The position numbers and the translations under genes were made by a program. A DNA stretch of 64,000 nucleotides from Paramoeba atlantica (taxonomy: Eukaryota; Protista; Discosea): contig CDRNVI010000067.1 of the NCBI GenBank assembly GCA_977017575.1, positions 62,001-126,000 on the forward strand, written 5' to 3'. Numbering within the stretch: position 1 is the stretch's first letter; every line of letters begins with the position of its first letter. Positions 58,042 to 64,000 of the stretch are shown here, one piece after another. Below the pieces are notes generated by a model that was given only the letters and a program-made list of their open reading frames with translations, was not told the origin of the DNA and ran no database searches.

Positions 58042-59028
58042 AAAGAAGGAGTCATTTTCTCCTTTTTTGGCCGTTCTTTTAAAATGCGTACGAAAGGATG
58101 CCTTAGATTTTGGTTTACAGAGGAAAATGAAGAGTTTCAAGGTATGGGGTTTTCTCTGAGAACCGAAGTGATGATATAAAAGAGTTTTTAGTAGAACTGA
58201 GTTGTGTAGAAACGTAGAATTCTGCCGATGGCAAATTCGGGCGGTGTAGTCATGCGAAAGTTCCAGTTTGCGTCTGTTTTAAAGACACGAGGCTTTCGTT
58301 TTAAAGTGGCACAGTCCTGGAGTGTTTTTCCCGCTCTTTTGAATATCGTTCCCTATGCTGCTTCGCTGGTGATGTGCCTCAAAACGTAGAACCTAGAATG
58401 ATAACTGTGTTCTATATATATTTTCTGTATTCCATAATTACTCGCTTGGGCAACGCTATAGTAGCGTAAAGTCTTGCCCCCAAAGGGTATGGATGAATTT
58501 AAAATGTATAACCTTAGAAAATGTTTTCTAGTAGAGTTGATGTAGGTGTTCCACTTGTGTGTTATGGTTTGAGATTCAGAATTTTCAAATCGAGATTCTT
58601 TTTTTTTGTTTCACAAAGTCAGGCTCTTCATTTCGCTATTTTCTTGATGCCATACTCAACTTTGTCGACGTAACTATCCCTTTGAAGTTTTCACCAACCG
58701 AAACAACCTACTCCATAACAGAGTCCCGACACCCCTTTTGCTGACCCAAAACTAGACCCAAGCCTGCACTATGTATCCTAAAATCTCTTCTTCTTTTCTC
58801 CGCTTTCCTCTACCACCGCTTACTACATCCCTCACAGGATAGCCCCTTCGAAAAACCCTAAAATCTAAGCTCTAAAAATCACCCAAAAGGCTACAAAAGG
58901 CTGTGAAAACCCAAAAAGAGAGCTGAAAACCACTTAAAAACCTTTAAAAAAGGTTCAAAAAAGTATTTAAAAACATCAAAACCTTTCAAAAACACCTCGA
59001 TAAAGCTGTAAAAAAGCTTTAAACCCCC

Positions 59029-62000
59029 ATGGACCCAACCCCCATGGACCCAACCCCCATGGACCCCTCCCCTCCCCCCTCCCCCTCCCCCCTGCTCGAC
59101 GCCCACTACCAGCGGGGCCGTCTCCTCGGGGTCGGGGGCTTCGGCAAGGTCTACGCGGTCACCCACACCCGCACCGGCCTCCCCTACGCCATGAAGGTCA
59201 TCACCCAGGCCTTCATCGCGCAGCACGACATTGGGAGTTATGTCAAGAAAGAGGTCGAGATGCTCAAACGGGTGCGACACAAACACGTGATTGGGTTCAT
59301 CAAGTGCGTGGAGACCGCGGAGGCGGTGCACATCATCATGGAGCTCGCCCCCGGGGGGGAGCTGTTTGATAAGATCCTCGTCTCCAAGCGGTTCTCCGAG
59401 CGCACCGCGCGGAAGTACTACCAGCAGCTCATGAGTGCCATGGCCGCGTGCCACCATTTAGGCATCAGTCATCGGGATTTAAAAGCGGAGAATTTGCTGC
59501 TCGATGCGGAGGGGAATTTAAAGGTGTGTGATTTTGGGTTGGGGGTGGTGAGCGACCGGAGTGTGCGGCAGCATAGTATCACAGGGTGTGTGGAGTATCA
59601 AATGCCGGAGATGCTGGAGAGTGCGCCGTGGTATGGAGGGAGTGGTGGTGGATTTGAGGAGGAAGAGGGGTATGATGCACAAGCGTGTGATGTGTGGGCT
59701 TCCGGGGTGATTTTATGTTTTATGTTGTGTGGGTTTTTGCCATTTGCGGGGAAATCGGATAGTGAGACGGCTCGTGCGGTGAAAAGAGGGATTCCGCGAT
59801 TGGCGCCGCATCTTTCGCAGGAGGTGTGTCATTTGATTAAGTTTATTTTGGCAAAAGAGCCCCATCGCAGAGCTACGATTGCGGATATTATTGCAGATCC
59901 GTGGTTTAATGAGGGAGGGAATTTGCGAGTGGAGGCGCTGTTTCCGGAGGAGTATTTACCGGAGGAAAGTGTGGAAGAGGAGGACAAAAATGATGTTTCA
60001 CGAGACGGGAGTTTAGTCAACATCCCCCACACGCCTGTAACGGGTCCGCGAATGGCACAGAGTTTTACGAGTCCCAATGTGCATCTTTCCGGGTCCTTGC
60101 CGAGCAGTCACTTGTTGGATGTTCCTTCAATGGAGTTCTCCCCTCCTAGTTCGCCCGCAACGGCAGATAAATATGGAACTTTTGGGACCCACCCGCATGC
60201 CAACTTAAACCGTTTAAAAGCCTCTCCGAGTGATCCCTTAATGCGTGAAAGCGTGGAGCGTCACAAACTGGACACGGGTTCCGCAACTCACCATATGGTG
60301 GATCGCGCAAAATTACGCCAGGCGTTCGACACACTGGACTGTGTCTCCAGCAAATCACTCGGCTATATGGATATTCGCTGGATCGTGATGGAAAATATGA
60401 ATCGGGATGTGTTACAAACCTCCTCGCAAGATCTGTATCGAATTATGCGGTTTTTGGGAGCCAACCCCGGAGAGGAAGAGCGTTTTTCCATTTCCTCATC
60501 TCGTTTTTGTGAAGCCTATTTACCCTTACTGTTGTCCACGACTTCTCGAGCCCGTGAGTCTGGCCGAGTGCTACGGAAACAGCTTGATTGGTTATCCGCA
60601 AGTACGCTCAAAGAGATTTTGTCTCCCCAAATTTTGTCAACCGAGATGATTGCCTCCTTGTCCAAATTTGGACCTTTGGAGAGACTCTTACAGCTGGTCA
60701 CACCTCTTCGCGCAATTCCTACCCGATTGGTTGTCTCGTTGCAGCAAATCTTTTATCAAATACAAGATGAGCGAGGGATGCTCGGCCGAGAAGAACTCCG
60801 AAAGACACTATGTGAAATGAAATCGGAACACGACTCGAAAGTGAGCCAAAAACTGAACGAGTTCGCGGTAGATTCGCCTCCTGTGGGATGCGTTACGGAC
60901 ATGAGCTGTGAATTCGTCTGTGGTACTCCAGAAATGTACACGGAAAAGGGCGACACTGGCGAGGAAACTGAAAAATTGATTTCGGAGTTCATTCAGCATT
61001 TTAGCGCAAACCCTGAAATACGAAACTACATTACCTTTGCCGAGTTTGTTATGGGTGTCACAGCTCCGATCCATGTCCCAAATGCCATTTCTTCTAATGG
61101 GGCTTCAACAGATCCATTGGCATCTATCAACACTCAAACAACCAATCAACACAAGATAACGACCGATGCAAATTTGCCCTCTCGCCGGCAATCATCCGTT
61201 TCCGGACATGGTGCTTCAGGAGTTCCGAGCGTTTTTTCACTGACGAGTCTTACCCGACGACTTCCCGCATTGGCGCATTTAGAGACAACACTCCAAATAC
61301 AGGAATACGGTCATCGAGGGCTTACTCTGGCGGGCACCCCGGAATTTCTGCGAACTAAATTGCTCAAGCTTCATCGTATGCGGTATTGTACAGGTTTTAG
61401 AGAGAGAGGACGACATACGGTCTGTAGTGCCTCTTTTTCAAAAGAAAGCTTGATGCCTGATTCTCCTCCCGTGGAAACGAGTTTTAATCAAACCGAAAAA
61501 ATACGAAGCCGAACCGAGACTGGTGTGGAACCTCTCGAAACGGAAAGTACGACAGAGCTCCCCCCTCTACCGGAGAAATGGGAATCGCTTCTCCTACCGA
61601 CCCATACCGACTTTCTATATCTCCAACCTCTGCAGGGGCATCACGAGCCTTACTTAAAAGGATTGTACTACTCCAACGGGACCGACGTGCGCGCCTTTTT
61701 ACGCCAACAACTTCATCTGTTTGCCCTTTCTGATCAGAAAACAGGACTGAATGCTAAAACAGTCCAACGAAGCTCTGTGAGCCATTCTTCAGGTAAATTA
61801 TCAGGAACCCTGGCGAATGTGGTAAAATCGCACACCCATGCGCATCGTTTGTCGCTGTCTACTTTATGCCACTTAGGCCAATCACACCAAACTAACAAAG
61901 GAACGCATTACGCCCATAAGCCCTCTAGTCTACAACTGGGATTGTTATCGCAACCTCGTGGGGTGTCTTCTCGAAAGGGCTCACCGGTTTCAACGCAAGC

Positions 62001-63069
62001 AGAGGGACACTTTGATGCAGAGACAAATGTTCATTTACGTGAGATCCAATCTCCAACGATTTCACTGAATAGCGAATCCATTCCCTCAAGTCCAACACCT
62101 TGCAAAGCCTCGGAAGGCTTCGTGGACGGGGCAATGCAAAAAAAGAATGGAGAACTTCAATCGTCTCGTAGTCCGTCCGTTGAAAGCGCGACCCTAACCA
62201 AAACATTGCTTAACGATCACGAATCTAATCATTTGATGGATCATCAAGAAAAAGCAGCTCATCCTCCGAATGACAATAAGATTCCGAGCTCCGAAAAACG
62301 ACCCTCCCATTTGGTAAATGCAACAAATCCCACTTTCCCGCACTCCCCGAAACCCAAACCTTTCTACTCTCCACCTTCTCTCTCACCATCTTCTTCCCTC
62401 CCCCCTCCTGAAATTCAACAACCCGACACCCCAACCCCCTCAAAACTTGAAACCTCTCAACGAGAATACAAAACCGGGAATCTAATCGCCTCAGCCCCTC
62501 TCCCCTGTGAGGGAGCAGAGTCCCCTCTCTCTTACCCTACGATTTATAAACCTCACACAGAAATCCCATTCTCTAAACCCAATCCCACAGAATGCTTGAT
62601 TTCTAAATTCACAGAAATCCCGATTTCCCAATCCAAAAGCACAGAAATCCCGATTTCTAAACCCAATCCCACAGAAATCCCAGTTTCTCAATCCGATCCC
62701 ACAGAAATCCTAATTTCTAAATCCAATATCATAGAAATCCCGATTTCTAAATCGAACACAGAAATCCCGATTTCTAAACCCAATACCACAGAAATCCCGA
62801 TTTCTAAATCCAATAACACAGAGTTCCCCGCCCCCAAACCCCACCCCCACCCCCACAGCGATCTCGGGTCCCTCTTCGCCCCCACCTGCGTCGTCACCCT
62901 CGCCCTGCTCCCCTCCACCGCGGGGTACACGAAGGTGATCCCGAGCCGTATCCGCGGCCCCACGCTCGGGTACCACCGGGCGGTACAGATCCTCACCGCC
63001 CTGACCCAGCAGGAGAGGGACCAGGCCGTGAGGGACACCCAGGTGGTGGACGACCCCGAGTGGGTGTAG
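59029..63069 (+). CDS. CAMK-group (AMPK/CIPK-like) Ser/Thr protein kinase, 1346 aa
   Basis: LGVGGFGKV, YAMKVI, HRDLKAEN, VCDFG and DVWASGV. Degenerate EF-hand-like segments and a KA1/CIPK-like C-terminal segment are by-eye calls. Confidence 0.92.
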   Translation: MDPTPMDPTPMDPSPPPSPSPLLDAHYQRGRLLGVGGFGKVYAVTHTRTGLPYAMKVITQAFIAQHDIGSYVKKEVEMLKRVRHKHVIGFIKCVETAEAVHIIMELAPGGELFDKILVSKRFSERTARKYYQQLMSAMAACHHLGISHRDLKAENLLLDAEGNLKVCDFGLGVVSDRSVRQHSITGCVEYQMPEMLESAPWYGGSGGGFEEEEGYDAQACDVWASGVILCFMLCGFLPFAGKSDSETARAVKRGIPRLAPHLSQEVCHLIKFILAKEPHRRATIADIIADPWFNEGGNLRVEALFPEEYLPEESVEEEDKNDVSRDGSLVNIPHTPVTGPRMAQSFTSPNVHLSGSLPSSHLLDVPSMEFSPPSSPATADKYGTFGTHPHANLNRLKASPSDPLMRESVERHKLDTGSATHHMVDRAKLRQAFDTLDCVSSKSLGYMDIRWIVMENMNRDVLQTSSQDLYRIMRFLGANPGEEERFSISSSRFCEAYLPLLLSTTSRARESGRVLRKQLDWLSASTLKEILSPQILSTEMIASLSKFGPLERLLQLVTPLRAIPTRLVVSLQQIFYQIQDERGMLGREELRKTLCEMKSEHDSKVSQKLNEFAVDSPPVGCVTDMSCEFVCGTPEMYTEKGDTGEETEKLISEFIQHFSANPEIRNYITFAEFVMGVTAPIHVPNAISSNGASTDPLASINTQTTNQHKITTDANLPSRRQSSVSGHGASGVPSVFSLTSLTRRLPALAHLETTLQIQEYGHRGLTLAGTPEFLRTKLLKLHRMRYCTGFRERGRHTVCSASFSKESLMPDSPPVETSFNQTEKIRSRTETGVEPLETESTTELPPLPEKWESLLLPTHTDFLYLQPLQGHHEPYLKGLYYSNGTDVRAFLRQQLHLFALSDQKTGLNAKTVQRSSVSHSSGKLSGTLANVVKSHTHAHRLSLSTLCHLGQSHQTNKGTHYAHKPSSLQLGLLSQPRGVSSRKGSPVSTQAEGHFDAETNVHLREIQSPTISLNSESIPSSPTPCKASEGFVDGAMQKKNGELQSSRSPSVESATLTKTLLNDHESNHLMDHQEKAAHPPNDNKIPSSEKRPSHLVNATNPTFPHSPKPKPFYSPPSLSPSSSLPPPEIQQPDTPTPSKLETSQREYKTGNLIASAPLPCEGAESPLSYPTIYKPHTEIPFSKPNPTECLISKFTEIPISQSKSTEIPISKPNPTEIPVSQSDPTEILISKSNIIEIPISKSNTEIPISKPNTTEIPISKSNNTEFPAPKPHPHPHSDLGSLFAPTCVVTLALLPSTAGYTKVIPSRIRGPTLGYHRAVQILTALTQQERDQAVRDTQVVDDPEWV
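62545..62825 (+). repeat. In-frame 27-30 bp tandem repeat (TEIPISKPNP-like, about 9 copies)
   Basis: ACAGAAATCCCGATTTCTAAA units inside the kinase ORF. Confidence 0.9.
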
Positions 63070-63697
63070 AGCCCCGTGGGGTAGGCCTAACCGAAACAAT
63101 AACCTAACCAAAAGAATACAATCGATAAAGATTAAGAAAAGATTGTAAGGAAAAAAATCTTAAAAAGAGTGGGGGTAAGCCCCAAGAGACGTAACCAAAA
63201 GAATACAATCGATAAAGATTGAAAAAAAGGTTGTAAGGGATCTTAAAAAGAGTGAGAGAGAGGGAGAGAGAGAGTGTGTGCACCCCTCCTTCGCTACTTT
63301 GTAGGGGGTGGGGATGGGTGAAGGAAAAGAAAGGAGGAAGAGATGGGATAGTAAAAACGGTTGTATTTATAAATCGGGTGTATTTATTTATTTACGTATG
63401 CATGTATACGTGTAAATGGTAAATACAAGGGTAAATTAATTTTATAATTTTAATAAGGTTCTGGGTTGTCTAACATAATGGGCGATGAGCTTCTATTAAC
63501 ATCCTCAGCGATTGCTTTGGATCATAGTGTAGAGGGAACATTATTCTGTAGAGTGAAATATGATTCCGCGTCAAAAATTTCTTTTAAGCTTGTCTTTTTC
63601 ATCGCTTCTACTTTATTTTAATATATTTTTTATGCTATAAATTTATGTGATCCGAAACTAATAGTTTCGGATAATTAACATGTAAACCATAGTTACT

Positions 63698-64000
63698 ATG
63701 GTTCGAATGTTTGCTTTGCTCATACTTTACAACAGTGCGGATAATTCTGCGACTTCAGCTTCGCGTGCTGGAAAAGTGAGGGATATATTTCTTCCTCAGG
63801 AATATGACCTTGCAAAATTTATTTGTGATATTAAGAATCCACATGAGTCATAGAGTACTGCCACACCTGCATGTCAGTGGGATGGAGTGGACTGCAATGA
63901 TGAAGGTGAAGTCATTAGCATTAGGCGGAACAATCGAGGGGTACGGGGAACTTTGCATTGGGAACATTTACCACGATCTCTCACATGGTTAAATATTTCT
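63698..64000 (+). pseudogene. LRR subfamily A copy, in-frame TAG, runs off the window
   Basis: MVRMFALLILYNSADNSATSASRAGKVRDIFLPQEYDL...PHES*STATPAC. Paralogues have TGG at the stop. Confidence 0.8.

Noticed and set aside
58891-59457. 188-aa minus-strand ORF, and similar antisense ORFs over syntaxin and the phosphatase
   Set aside because: They are shadow frames of GC-rich coding sequence.

Overview
This window is eukaryotic genomic DNA. No bacterial operon, rRNA, tRNA or CRISPR array is supported. It holds six long intronless host genes: a syntaxin, an 817-aa orphan, a histone-fold protein, ALG1, a NIF/HAD phosphatase and a CAMK-group kinase. It also holds about 12 genes, pseudogenes and fragments of one LRR family. 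All of these lie on the + strand, which fits a kinetoplastid-type polycistronic cluster (Perkinsela-like is my inference, not a database result). The intergenic space is packed with DNA transposons: pogo, Tc1, PIF/Harbinger, Merlin, many TA-flanked MITEs, and a hairpin-headed family with no target duplication that resembles Helitron2/HINE. The best lead is an intact IS30-family (normally prokaryotic) transposase in a 2.5-kb element. That element has GGC-ended inverted repeats expanded into 20-bp satellites, a 2-bp target duplication, and a non-autonomous partner in the same window. Other strong leads are a 341-bp hairpin-dense, U-tailed insertion with a 15-bp target duplication (candidate retroposed ncRNA), mirror-symmetric C-rich to G-rich islands inside host genes, and an LRR family with a conserved GKVRG-x-x-L-x-Q leader. 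All alignments, folds and counts were made by eye.
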